Shown: positions 1 to 8,917 of the stretch, in pieces
Position numbering within the stretch: the first letter of the stretch is position 1
How the letters are laid out: each line of letters begins with the position of its first letter
NCBI GenBank assembly: GCA_963792965.1
Contig: CAWBYW010000018.1
Coordinates: 64,001 to 128,000 of the forward strand
Length of the DNA: 64,000 nt
From: an uncultured delta proteobacterium
Lineage (GTDB): Bacteria; Desulfobacterota; Zymogenia; Zymogenales; Zymogenaceae
Direction: 5' to 3'
Made by a program: the position numbers and the translations under genes
The notes under the pieces: generated by a model
Told to the model about the DNA's origin: nothing
Seen by the model: the letters and a program-made list of their open reading frames with translations, nothing else
The model's database searches: none

Positions 1-1
1 C

Positions 2-211
2 GGGGAGTCCATCAAGCTTATGAGCCGCTGTGGCCTGGGCCAGACGGCCCCGAACCCGATCCTCACCAGCATGCAGAATTTCCCCGAGCTCTACGAGGCG
101 CGCATCAAGGATGCCGATTACATCGGCCGATTCGATTTTGCCAAGGCTATACAAAAGGGGAGCGAGATCACGGGGAGAAAACCACATCACGAAGAGGAGG
201 CAGATCTATGA
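2..211 (+). CDS. hoxF: Bidirectional hydrogenase diaphorase large subunit (NuoF-like), C-terminal fragment truncated by window start
   Basis: Frame open from base 2; MSRCGLGQTAPNPI is the NuoF/HoxF C-terminal Fe-S motif; stop overlaps hoxU start (ATGA). Confidence 0.85.
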   Translation, partial: GESIKLMSRCGLGQTAPNPILTSMQNFPELYEARIKDADYIGRFDFAKAIQKGSEITGRKPHHEEEADL

Positions 212-936
212 GCCGTCAAGAAGTCAACTTCACCCTCGACGGCGTGAAGGTTACGGGCATCAAGGGACAGACGATCATGGAGGCCGCCGATTCGGCGGGT
301 ATCTATATCCCCCGGCTCTGCTGGCATAAGGACCTGCCCGCCGGCGGCAACTGCCGTGTCTGCACGGTGCTGGTTAATGGGAGGCCTGCGGGGTCGTGCC
401 TTTTCCCCGCCGACGACGGGCTCGTGGTGGAAAGCAACACGAAACAGCTCAAGGAATACCGCCGCCGGCTCGTGGAGATGCATTTCGTCGAGGGAAACCA
501 CTACTGCCCTTCGTGCGAGGCAAGCGGCGAGTGCGAGCTGCAGGCCCTCGGATACTTTACGGGGATGCTCACCCCCACCTTCCCGTACCTCAGACCGAAG
601 TACGAGGTCGACGCGAGTCACCCCGATGTCTATATCGATCGCGACCGCTGCGTACTCTGCGGCCGGTGCATCCGTGCCTCGGAGTTCCTCGACGGCAAGA
701 GCGTCTTCTCCTTCGAGGGAAGGGGGATTCGCAAGAAAATCTCAGTCAATGCCGTCCACAACCTCGGCGAGACGAATATGGCCGCCGCCGACCGCGCGGC
801 GACAATCTGCCCCACCGGTGCCCTTGTCGTTAAGCGCACCGGTTACCGGATACCCATCGGGAAAAGGAGATTCGACAAACGCCCGATCGGGTGGGAGATC
901 GAAAAAAAGAGAAAAGACCCCGCACAGTCAAAATAA
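208..936 (+). CDS. hoxU: Diaphorase small subunit, 2Fe-2S/4Fe-4S (NuoG-like N-terminus)
   Basis: IPRLC..GNCRVC, HYCPSC..C, RCVLCGRCIR, CPTGAL motifs; position in the hox operon. Confidence 0.92.
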   Translation: MSRQEVNFTLDGVKVTGIKGQTIMEAADSAGIYIPRLCWHKDLPAGGNCRVCTVLVNGRPAGSCLFPADDGLVVESNTKQLKEYRRRLVEMHFVEGNHYCPSCEASGECELQALGYFTGMLTPTFPYLRPKYEVDASHPDVYIDRDRCVLCGRCIRASEFLDGKSVFSFEGRGIRKKISVNAVHNLGETNMAAADRAATICPTGALVVKRTGYRIPIGKRRFDKRPIGWEIEKKRKDPAQSK

Positions 937-947
937 AGAGGTGATCA

Positions 948-1490
948 ATGGCAAAGCCACTCATTGCGACACAGCATCTGACCAGTTGTTTCGGCTGCCA
1001 CATGTCGATACTGGACATAGACGACCGGATCCTGAAGCTCGCCAAGATGGTCGATTTCGACAGGTCGCCGATCAACGATATTAAACAGTTCACCTGGCCC
1101 GTGGAGATCGGCATCGTCGAGGGCGGGGTGTCAAGCGACGAGCACGTAGAGATCCTGAAAGATTTTCGAGAGAACTGCAAGATCCTCATCGGCATCGGCG
1201 CCTGCGCCATCGCCAACGCCGTCCCCTCGATGAGAAACACGGTCCCCCTTAAGGAATGCCTCGAGGAGGCCTTTCTCAAGGGCCCTTCGGTCGTCGATGG
1301 CGGGATTATCCCGAACGACGAGGACATCCCGATCCTTCTGGACAAGGTCTATCCGCTGCATGAGGTGGTCAAGATAGACTATTTCCTTCCCGGCTGCCCG
1401 CCCTCGGCCGACACGATCTGGAACGCTCTCGTGGCGCTCCTGACCGGAAAGGAGCTCCAATTTCCCTATGAACTCATTAAGTACGATTAA
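948..1490 (+). CDS. hoxY: [NiFe]-hydrogenase small subunit (group 3d)
   Basis: CFGCHMS, EGG, GACA, PGCPP motifs; short 180-aa length. Confidence 0.93.
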   Translation: MAKPLIATQHLTSCFGCHMSILDIDDRILKLAKMVDFDRSPINDIKQFTWPVEIGIVEGGVSSDEHVEILKDFRENCKILIGIGACAIANAVPSMRNTVPLKECLEEAFLKGPSVVDGGIIPNDEDIPILLDKVYPLHEVVKIDYFLPGCPPSADTIWNALVALLTGKELQFPYELIKYD

Positions 1491-1508
1491 GGGCGCGGAG
1501 GTCACGGT

Positions 1509-2939
1509 ATGGCTACACGAAAGATCGTCATCAATCCAGTAACCCGCGTCGAGGGGCACGGGAAGGTCACCCTTCACCTCGACGAGTCGGGTCATATAAA
1601 CCAGGCGCGTTTTCACGTCACCGAGTTTCGCGGGTTTGAACGCTTCGTTCAGGGCCGTCTCTTCTGGGAGGCCCCGGTCATCGTCGAGCGGCTGTGCGGT
1701 ATCTGCCCGGTGAGCCATCACCTGGCGGCCAGCAAGGCGATGGACATCATCGCCGGCGTGTCGAAGCTCACCCCGACGGCGGAGAAGATGCGCCGCCTCA
1801 TGCACTACGGGCAGATATACCAGTCCCACGCGCTCCACTTTTTCCATCTCTCCTCGCCGGACCTCTTGTTCGGGTTCGACGCCCCGGTCGAGAAGCGAAA
1901 CGTCTTCGGCGTTATCGAGGCTGACCCGGAGCTTGCCAAGAAGGCCGTGCTGATGCGCAAATTTGGACAGGAGGTCATAAAGGCGACCGGCGGCAAGAAG
2001 GTACACTCCACTTCTTCGATCCCCGGCGGTGTCAACAAGAACCTCTCGGTCGAGGAGCGCGACGAGCTCAAGAAGGACGCCGACACGATGGTGGAGTGGG
2101 CGGTCATGGCGCTTTCGCTCTGCAAGAAGATCATCAACGCCGACGCCAAACGGCTGCTTGATTTCGGCACCTTCGAGTCAAATTTCGTCTCGCTGGTCAG
2201 GGAAGACGGATGCATGGACCTCTACGACGGCAAGCTCAGGGCCATCGACCCCGACGGCAAGATCATATTCGACCAGGTGGCGCCTGCCGACTATCTCGAT
2301 TACATCCGGGAGGAGGTACGCCCCTGGAGCTACATGAAGTTCCCGTTCATCTACCCACTGGGTAAGGAAAAGGGATGGTATCGCGTAGGCCCCCTGGCCC
2401 GGATGAACTGTGTCACGTACATAGATACGCCCATCGCCGAAAAGGAGCGCGCCGAGTTTATGGCGCTCGGGGGCGGCCGCCCGATCCATTCGTCCCTGGC
2501 CTATCACTGGGCGCGGATGATCGAGCTTGTCCACGCCGCCGAGAAGATCAAGGAGCTGTTGGACGACCCCGATCTGCAGAAAAACGACCTCGTGCTGACC
2601 GGCAAGCGTGCAAAGCGCACTGTTGCGTGGATCGAGGCGCCCCGGGGCACGCTCTTTCACCACTACGAGGTGGACGACAACGACCAGATCACCATGGCGA
2701 ATCTGATTGTCTCCACCACCAATAACAACGAGCCGATGAACCGGGTGGTCCAAAAGGTCGCCGAGCAGTACCTGGAGGGCAAGAAGATCACCGAGGGGCT
2801 TCTCAACCACATCGAGGTGGGCATCCGCGCCTACGACCCGTGCCTCTCCTGCGCGACACACGCGCTGGGCCGGATGCCGCTCATCGTGACCCTCTTTGAC
2901 CACCGGGGCGTCGTTATCGATGAGAGGAGCCGCACATGA
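1509..2939 (+). CDS. hoxH: [NiFe]-hydrogenase large subunit (group 3d)
   Basis: TRVEGHG, RLCGICPVSH (L1) and DPCLSCATH (L2) with a cleavable C-terminal extension. Confidence 0.95.
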   Translation: MATRKIVINPVTRVEGHGKVTLHLDESGHINQARFHVTEFRGFERFVQGRLFWEAPVIVERLCGICPVSHHLAASKAMDIIAGVSKLTPTAEKMRRLMHYGQIYQSHALHFFHLSSPDLLFGFDAPVEKRNVFGVIEADPELAKKAVLMRKFGQEVIKATGGKKVHSTSSIPGGVNKNLSVEERDELKKDADTMVEWAVMALSLCKKIINADAKRLLDFGTFESNFVSLVREDGCMDLYDGKLRAIDPDGKIIFDQVAPADYLDYIREEVRPWSYMKFPFIYPLGKEKGWYRVGPLARMNCVTYIDTPIAEKERAEFMALGGGRPIHSSLAYHWARMIELVHAAEKIKELLDDPDLQKNDLVLTGKRAKRTVAWIEAPRGTLFHHYEVDDNDQITMANLIVSTTNNNEPMNRVVQKVAEQYLEGKKITEGLLNHIEVGIRAYDPCLSCATHALGRMPLIVTLFDHRGVVIDERSRT

Positions 2940-3457
2940 CCGAAAGACTAAGACAATCGATTTTCGTCCTCGGCTACGGCAACCCCGGCAGACAGGACGA
3001 CGGCCTGGGTGTCGCCGCGGCTGAGGGCATCAGGCCCCTCGGCCTTCCCCGCATCACGTTCGAGACGGCCTATCAGCTCAATATTGAGGACGCCGAGGCG
3101 ATCTCCGGGCATGACGTAGTCATTTTCATAGATGCCTCGCTGAACGCGCCGGAGCCTTTTTCCTTTGAGCGGCTGGCCCCGGCCGAAGAGGTCTCCTTCA
3201 CGAGCCACTCGGTCTCTCCCGGATCGATCCTTAAGTTATGCGCCGAGCACTTCGGCCCCGCGCCCGAGGCGTGGGTGCTGGCGATCCGGGGCTACTCCTT
3301 CGAGTTTGAGGAGAGGCTGACCGAAAAGGCGCGAGAGAACCTCGATGCGGCGATCGCCTTTCTGTCCGAAATTCTCGTATGGATCTCCAGGCACGTCTCG
3401 CCTAAGGCTCTTGAGACAAAGGACGCCGTGATCAATAAGCTGATGAGATGTAGATAG
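2936..3457 (+). CDS. hoxW: Hydrogenase maturation endopeptidase
   Basis: GYGNPGRQDDGLG, IDA and TSHS motifs; ATGA-coupled to hoxH. Confidence 0.85.
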   Translation: MTERLRQSIFVLGYGNPGRQDDGLGVAAAEGIRPLGLPRITFETAYQLNIEDAEAISGHDVVIFIDASLNAPEPFSFERLAPAEEVSFTSHSVSPGSILKLCAEHFGPAPEAWVLAIRGYSFEFEERLTEKARENLDAAIAFLSEILVWISRHVSPKALETKDAVINKLMRCR

Positions 3458-3476
3458 GACAATTATTCAGAGCTTC

Positions 3477-3504
3477 ACGAGGGGCGGCGAAGACCGCCCC
3501 TCGT
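3477..3504 (+). terminator. Hairpin after hox operon
   Basis: 11-bp stem ACGAGGGGCGG-cgaaga-CCGCCCCTCGT; weak U tract. Confidence 0.6.
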
Positions 3505-3588
3505 CACTTCTCCCCTCCCGTTCCCGATCGGAAATCCACAAGCAGATATACGCGCCATAAACAGCATAAAGACATTTCCTCTTTTTCC

Positions 3589-3618
3589 TTGACTTCCTGT
3601 ACAAACGAAGATTAGAAT
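3589..3618 (+). promoter_or_regulatory. Putative sigma70 promoter
   Basis: TTGACT-N18-TAGAAT in an AT-rich intergenic region. Confidence 0.45.
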
Positions 3619-3780
3619 ATTTTAATATTTTACCGTGCACTTCTCTTTCACCCGAAGAGAGGCAGCGTCTTACGGCTCCGCCGACGACCTTCCGCTTTAA
3701 CGGGTAGCGATCCGGTGACTTCTGTTGTTGTGATGTGGTTTTTTCGACTCTTGAAACAAACCTTTCTTGAGGGGACCTTC

Positions 3781-5547
3781 ATGGACAAACGAAAAGCATT
3801 TTTTTTCTCACTTGCGGCCATCTGCCTGACCGCGGCCTTCGCGTTCACGGCGGTGGCCCAGGACGTCATCTACATCTCGGAGCCGGACCTCGCCGAGACG
3901 CCGAAGATCCTCCCCCGCATGGACGCGCCGCTCTGGAACATGGATTACCGCCACAACCCCGCACTCCTGAAGCTTGACTGCCCCTACGAGTTCATCGACG
4001 ACGCCTACTACCTCGGCTCGGGGTGGAGCATCTCGTCCGAGTCCTTTAATGAGGGGTTCCTTTGGAACGACACGAGGCCGGCATTCCTGATAAAACACGT
4101 CGAGGACAAGTACCTGACCACGGTCCTGGGCACCGACGCCGGCTTTGCGCTGAGGCTCAACGACCGATCGAGCCTCGCCCTCATCTTCAACTACCGCTAC
4201 GGCAACCTCAAAGGGGACGGTAACTTCTCCCTCATTAACAGGGCTGCAACAGGCACCACCGCCAGGTTGGACGGCTCGATCAGCCAGAAGCTCGAGACGC
4301 ACGACTTCACCCTCTCGGCGCTCTATAGCCTTAAGATGAGCGACGCCCTCACCGTGGGCGCCGGGCTCAAGTACGCGTATCGGGACGAGAGCTGGGACAA
4401 CGACCTCTTCGGCCAAGGATCCGACCCGTTCGTCGCTCCATCGTTCTTTACTGACCTGAACCAAGATCTTGGGCTCAGGTATAACATCGTTTCGCCCATT
4501 CTCGGCGTCTCGTTCAAGCCCTCCGACCGCTTCAACATGGACGCCTGGCTTTCGGCCGGGTTCTACTTCGGGGACGTCCAGAAGAACTCGAACCTGTTCG
4601 AAAGTGCGGTTCTCGGGCTTTTCAACTTTGCGCCCTACAGCGAGGACCTCGACTCGGGCGACGTTACCGGCTGGGATATAAGCACCTCCGTCCGGCCGGA
4701 GCTCGCCGTCACGGACGCCCTCTCCATCCCCTTCGTCCTCGATTTTTCCTACCGAGACATCAAATGGAGCGTGGGCGGCGCCTCCTTCGGCTACTTCGGA
4801 CCCCAGGACTACGACCTGGTCTTCTACGGCCCGGGCCACATCGGCTACGAGAACGAGGAGACGACCTGGCACATAAAGGCCGGCGCGGGGGTGACCTACG
4901 ACGCCGGGTGGGCGACCCTGTCGGGCCTCCTCTCCTATACCCGCTGGGAGTTCCTCAACGCGTATGACCAGGAGAACGATGTCACCGGAGCCAACTTCCC
5001 CGGGCTGACGGCGTTTGCCCAGCGGGACAGCGAGAGCAGGGACATCGTGGCGCTAGACCTCTCGCTCAAGAAAGAGTTCTCCGAGATGCTGTCGGCCGAC
5101 TTTTCCGCCACTTACCTCGTCGGCTGGGCCCACCGGAGGTACCAGATGTCATACAAGTCTCCGTGGGAGTCGATCCCCCCGCCGGATGAGCTCAGGGTCG
5201 TCGCCGATGGGTGGGACGCCTACCAGGACCTGATTCTCTCCGCCACGATGGACCTCAAGCCGACGGACCGCCTGAGCATCTCTCTCATGGGCACCGTCAC
5301 GATCCCCCTCAACGGCCTCGACTATACCCTGGAAGGCCTGGGGACGGGGTTGGACGCCACCCGCCGGACAATTAACAGGGACGTGTACATCGACGGCCCG
5401 GTGGTCCGGGAATACGAGACCTCGGGCTGGGAGTGGGGCGCGCTGCTGTCCCTCACCTACGAGTTCGGCTGCCCGGCGCCGGTGCCGCCGGTTGCCCCCG
5501 AGGCGCCCAAGGTCGCTCCACAGCTGACGCCGATGAGCCAGAAGTAA
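3781..5547 (+). CDS. Exported outer-membrane beta-barrel protein, family uncertain
   Basis: Signal peptide MDKRKAFFFSLAAICLTAAFAFTAVA; many amphipathic aromatic-rich strands; last strand ALLSLTYEF followed by a Pro-rich tail. Confidence 0.7.
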   Translation: MDKRKAFFFSLAAICLTAAFAFTAVAQDVIYISEPDLAETPKILPRMDAPLWNMDYRHNPALLKLDCPYEFIDDAYYLGSGWSISSESFNEGFLWNDTRPAFLIKHVEDKYLTTVLGTDAGFALRLNDRSSLALIFNYRYGNLKGDGNFSLINRAATGTTARLDGSISQKLETHDFTLSALYSLKMSDALTVGAGLKYAYRDESWDNDLFGQGSDPFVAPSFFTDLNQDLGLRYNIVSPILGVSFKPSDRFNMDAWLSAGFYFGDVQKNSNLFESAVLGLFNFAPYSEDLDSGDVTGWDISTSVRPELAVTDALSIPFVLDFSYRDIKWSVGGASFGYFGPQDYDLVFYGPGHIGYENEETTWHIKAGAGVTYDAGWATLSGLLSYTRWEFLNAYDQENDVTGANFPGLTAFAQRDSESRDIVALDLSLKKEFSEMLSADFSATYLVGWAHRRYQMSYKSPWESIPPPDELRVVADGWDAYQDLILSATMDLKPTDRLSISLMGTVTIPLNGLDYTLEGLGTGLDATRRTINRDVYIDGPVVREYETSGWEWGALLSLTYEFGCPAPVPPVAPEAPKVAPQLTPMSQK

Positions 5548-5572
5548 CCTGACCCTCGATACGAACCTAAAC

Positions 5573-5605
5573 AAAGAGGGGCGGCCGAAAGGCCGCCTTT
5601 CTTTT
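5573..5605 (+). terminator. Rho-independent terminator
   Basis: AAAGAGGGGCGGCC-GAAA-GGCCGCCTTTCTTTT. Confidence 0.85.
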
Positions 5606-5777
5606 AAGCTCATCGTTCCTATGCACCCGGGCCCTTCCCCGCCGTGCCGCTTGCGCGACGGAGGGAAGGATTATGACCGCCGCGCCCTCATAAAGAAACA
5701 ACCGAAACCAACTTTTTCATTTCGATAACGGATTGCGTCTTTTATATAAACTTCTCTATAATTATCGATTTTTAATA

Positions 5778-5808
5778 TTGACATTCCCGCACGAAACTGC
5801 TTTATAGT
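5778..5808 (+). promoter_or_regulatory. Putative sigma70 promoter
   Basis: TTGACA then TATAGT (long 19-nt spacer) in an AT-rich region. Confidence 0.35.
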
Positions 5809-5944
5809 ATTTGAATTTTTCTAAGCCATCTTGCATCATGCTCCTTTGGATTTCCCCGTGAAACTGAGCATCCGTTCGTGCCTGCTGCACGAACTCACCA
5901 TTGGGCAGGAACCTGGCTTTGCCATCGATTTCGGGAGGTATTTG

Positions 5945-8713
5945 ATGAAATCATATCGACTATACGCCATCTTGATCTCTCTCCTTGTGATCCTTTCGGC
6001 CGGCATATTCGTGCCGGGTGCCGCGCTTGCGGCGGACACCGATTCGTCTCATTCCGTCTACTTCCGGCCGGCCATCAGGTTCGGGACGGATAACCGTACG
6101 CTCTACATCCTCGATCTTCTGGCGCCGGTCTATCGGGGCGACAAGGACCTCTTCTTTGTCAACGCAAAGTTCACCCCCGACGACCTCGACGCCTGGGAGA
6201 TCAACGCCGGCGTCGGGTATCGTCGGCTCGTCCTGGACGACAAGCTCCTTCTTGGCGGCAACCTCTTCTACGACCACCGGAAGACCTCCTACGGCTCCCA
6301 CTTCAACCAGATCGGGCTGGGCGCCGAGGCGATGACGGAGATCAAGGGGATCGGCCTGACGGGACGCATCAACTACTATCAGCCGTTCGATAAGCTCAGA
6401 AAGGGCGAAGGCTCCGCCTACGCGTTTTACGGCAACGGCATCTACGGCGCCGGCGTCGAGGAGGCGATGACGGGCCTCGACTACGAGGCGGGCGTGCGCA
6501 TCCCCTTTGTCTCGAACTACGTGGAGACCTGGGCCTACGCGGGGGGGTATAACTTCTTCGGAAGCCACGTGCCGGACGTGAACGGGTTCTCGGCCCGGAT
6601 CGAGGCCATACCCACCGATTTCATGCGGCTGAACTTCGAGTATCGAAACGATAACGTCGACCACGACCAGTTCTACGGCGAGGTGGCCTTTGAAGTGCCC
6701 TTCTCCGTCGGCAACCTCGTGACGGGCAAGAACCCCTTCGAGGGCCTCGGCTCCCGCATCGGGGGCACTCGGGACCTCAAAGAGCGGATGGTGGAGCCGG
6801 TGCGGCGTGACGTCGACATCGTCGTGAAGGACGGCGCGCTTTCCCCCGAGGAAGCCGCCGCCAACGGCGACATGGCCGCCGGCGCGATCTTCGTGGCCGA
6901 TAACGCCCCCAACGGCGGGGACGGCTCGTTTGAACATCCGTACAACAACCTCGGGGACGCGGCCAACGATCCCCGGCTGGGCAACACCATCAGCGTTGTC
7001 CACGTGCTTCCGGGCGCCGGCTCGGGCCTTTCGGGAGAGACGTTTAACCAGGCAGGCATCACCATCTGGGGCGCGGGGGCGCCAAACCCCGCCTTCCCGA
7101 ACGTGGTCAACTTCGTGCAGGGCTGGCCCCTCGTTTACTCGACGCTCTCCATGGGCGGCCCGAACATGAAGGTGCTGGGGCTCAACCTTGACGTCTCGAA
7201 CTACAGCGCCATAGAGGTTCAGACCGGCGCCCTGTCCACGGGCTTTTCGATTTTCTCAAACAGGATATCCAACCACGGGGGGATCTACGGGATCCACGCG
7301 GAAGGCTTGGGAGACGTCGGCGCGCCGGGCGCGCCCGCGATCATCTCCGGCAACAGCATCACGGTAGGCGCCGGTGAGGGCTGGACCGACGCGGCGATGG
7401 GGTCGTATCTCGAATCGTACGCCGGCAACGTCTACGCCCGGATACTCAACAACACGATAACGGACTCCGAAGGCCGGTACTCCGCGGCCGGAATCGAAGT
7501 AACCGCGGACAGCGGAGATTTTATCGGCTCGATTTCCGGAAACACCATCTCAGGGATCTACTCGGAGGGAGAATCCTACGGGATCTATGTAGCTGCCGGT
7601 AATGATTTCAGGGGCGACATTTCTGGAAACAGGATCTCCGACATCGATGCCTTTGACAACTACGGGATCTCCGCGACCGGCATCTACGTCGGAGTGGACA
7701 ACGACATGGCGGCCTCCATCTCCGGAAACATCGTCAGCGGCATCTACGCCGACTATGCCGATGAAGCCTTCGCGTCCGGTATCTCTGTTGAAGCGAACGA
7801 CGGAGACGTTACCGGCTCGATTACCGGAAACACCGTCAGCGATGTCAGCGCCACCGACGCCTACTATCATGCCGAAGCCGATGGGATTGACGCTTACGCG
7901 GATGGTGATGTTACCGGCTCGATCTCTGGAAACACGGTCAGCGGCATCAGCGCCTACGACGCCGAAGAAGCCTACGCGTACGGCATCTCTGCGGAAGCTG
8001 ACAGCGGAGACTTTACCGGCTCGATTACCGGAAACACCGTCAGCGGCATCTATGCCGACTCTAACGGAGAAGCCTACGCGTACGGGATTTACAGCTACGC
8101 GGGCAATGATTTCCTCGGCTCGATCTCCAAAAACACGATAGCCGGGGTGAGTGCCGACGGCGCTGACTACGCCTGGGCGAACGGTATTGGGGTGGAGACG
8201 GGCGGGGTGTTCGGCGGCTCGATTTCCGGAAATAGGATATCCGGGGTCGATGGCTGGGATTATGCGGCGGGGATCCGTCTTTATGCCAACTACGGCATCG
8301 CCGCGTCCATTTCCGACAACACCATCTCCGGCATCGGCTCCGACAATAGTGCGGCGGGGATCGCCCTGCTTTCCGAGGGCGACATCACGGGGTCCATAAC
8401 GAACAACCTCCTGGACGTTACCGCCGATGATGACGCGTACGGCCTGTACGCAAATGTGTTAGGCTCCCTCGGGACGGCCTCATCGCCGCTGATCTTTACC
8501 GGAAACAGCGGGACCCTCAACGCTGAGGCGGCCTATATGGCGTACCTGAATACGGCCACCCCGTCTATGAGCAACGTCTTCATCGGGCACGGCCACGACG
8601 ACATGGGCGATAACCACTTTTCCACCACCGGCGTTTGGGCCGGCAACTATCCTGCCGACGGCGGCCGGATCTTGGCCGACTGGTATCCGGAATTTAACTA
8701 CATCCATCCTTAA
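5945..8713 (+). CDS. Inverse autotransporter (type Ve) beta-domain protein with right-handed beta-helix passenger
   Basis: Signal peptide; NAGVGYRR..GGNLFYD..QIGLGAE..RINYYQP barrel and RMVEPVRRDVDIV linker; GDGSFEHPY motif; acidic GSISGNTISGI repeats. Confidence 0.8.
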   Translation: MKSYRLYAILISLLVILSAGIFVPGAALAADTDSSHSVYFRPAIRFGTDNRTLYILDLLAPVYRGDKDLFFVNAKFTPDDLDAWEINAGVGYRRLVLDDKLLLGGNLFYDHRKTSYGSHFNQIGLGAEAMTEIKGIGLTGRINYYQPFDKLRKGEGSAYAFYGNGIYGAGVEEAMTGLDYEAGVRIPFVSNYVETWAYAGGYNFFGSHVPDVNGFSARIEAIPTDFMRLNFEYRNDNVDHDQFYGEVAFEVPFSVGNLVTGKNPFEGLGSRIGGTRDLKERMVEPVRRDVDIVVKDGALSPEEAAANGDMAAGAIFVADNAPNGGDGSFEHPYNNLGDAANDPRLGNTISVVHVLPGAGSGLSGETFNQAGITIWGAGAPNPAFPNVVNFVQGWPLVYSTLSMGGPNMKVLGLNLDVSNYSAIEVQTGALSTGFSIFSNRISNHGGIYGIHAEGLGDVGAPGAPAIISGNSITVGAGEGWTDAAMGSYLESYAGNVYARILNNTITDSEGRYSAAGIEVTADSGDFIGSISGNTISGIYSEGESYGIYVAAGNDFRGDISGNRISDIDAFDNYGISATGIYVGVDNDMAASISGNIVSGIYADYADEAFASGISVEANDGDVTGSITGNTVSDVSATDAYYHAEADGIDAYADGDVTGSISGNTVSGISAYDAEEAYAYGISAEADSGDFTGSITGNTVSGIYADSNGEAYAYGIYSYAGNDFLGSISKNTIAGVSADGADYAWANGIGVETGGVFGGSISGNRISGVDGWDYAAGIRLYANYGIAASISDNTISGIGSDNSAAGIALLSEGDITGSITNNLLDVTADDDAYGLYANVLGSLGTASSPLIFTGNSGTLNAEAAYMAYLNTATPSMSNVFIGHGHDDMGDNHFSTTGVWAGNYPADGGRILADWYPEFNYIHP
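7490..8420 (+). repeat. Intragenic degenerate tandem repeats (~35-40 aa units, about 9-10 copies)
   Basis: Recurring GD(F/V)xGSI(S/T)GNT(I/V)SGI; near-identical DNA such as ccggctcgattaccggaaacaccgtcagcg at ~7812 and ~8016. Confidence 0.8.
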
Positions 8714-8743
8714 AAGGGTGCGGCGGATATGCCGATCGAAAAG

Positions 8744-8780
8744 AAAAGACGGGGGGGACAAAAATCCCCCCCCGTCTTTT
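8744..8780. terminator. Symmetric hairpin/terminator
   Basis: AAAAGAC-G7-A-caaaaa-T-C8-GTCTTTT. Confidence 0.7.
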
Positions 8781-8803
8781 GATGAACCGACGGATAATGG
8801 CGC

Positions 8804-8830
8804 GGGGCGGCGAGAGCCGCCCCTTTTTTT
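8804..8830 (+). terminator. Rho-independent terminator
   Basis: GGGGCGGC-GAGA-GCCGCCCC-T7. Confidence 0.85.
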
Positions 8831-8861
8831 GTGCTTCTTCGGAATTGAACAAAACTCCTGC

Positions 8862-8890
8862 TTGAAAAACGGCCGGGGGTATAGTACCAT
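8862..8890 (+). promoter_or_regulatory. Putative sigma70 promoter of hypE
   Basis: TTGAAA-N17-TACCAT. Confidence 0.45.
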
Positions 8891-8917
8891 GAGAATAGGA
8901 TTTAACACGGGGGTCGC

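Noticed and set aside
1-3457. Novel or selenocysteine-containing hydrogenase
   Set aside because: Ordinary HoxFUYH motifs with Cys at all ligand positions and no in-frame TGA
7490-8420. CRISPR or DGR-like repeats
   Set aside because: Repeats are in-frame degenerate coding units; no spacers, cas genes or reverse transcriptase anywhere in the window
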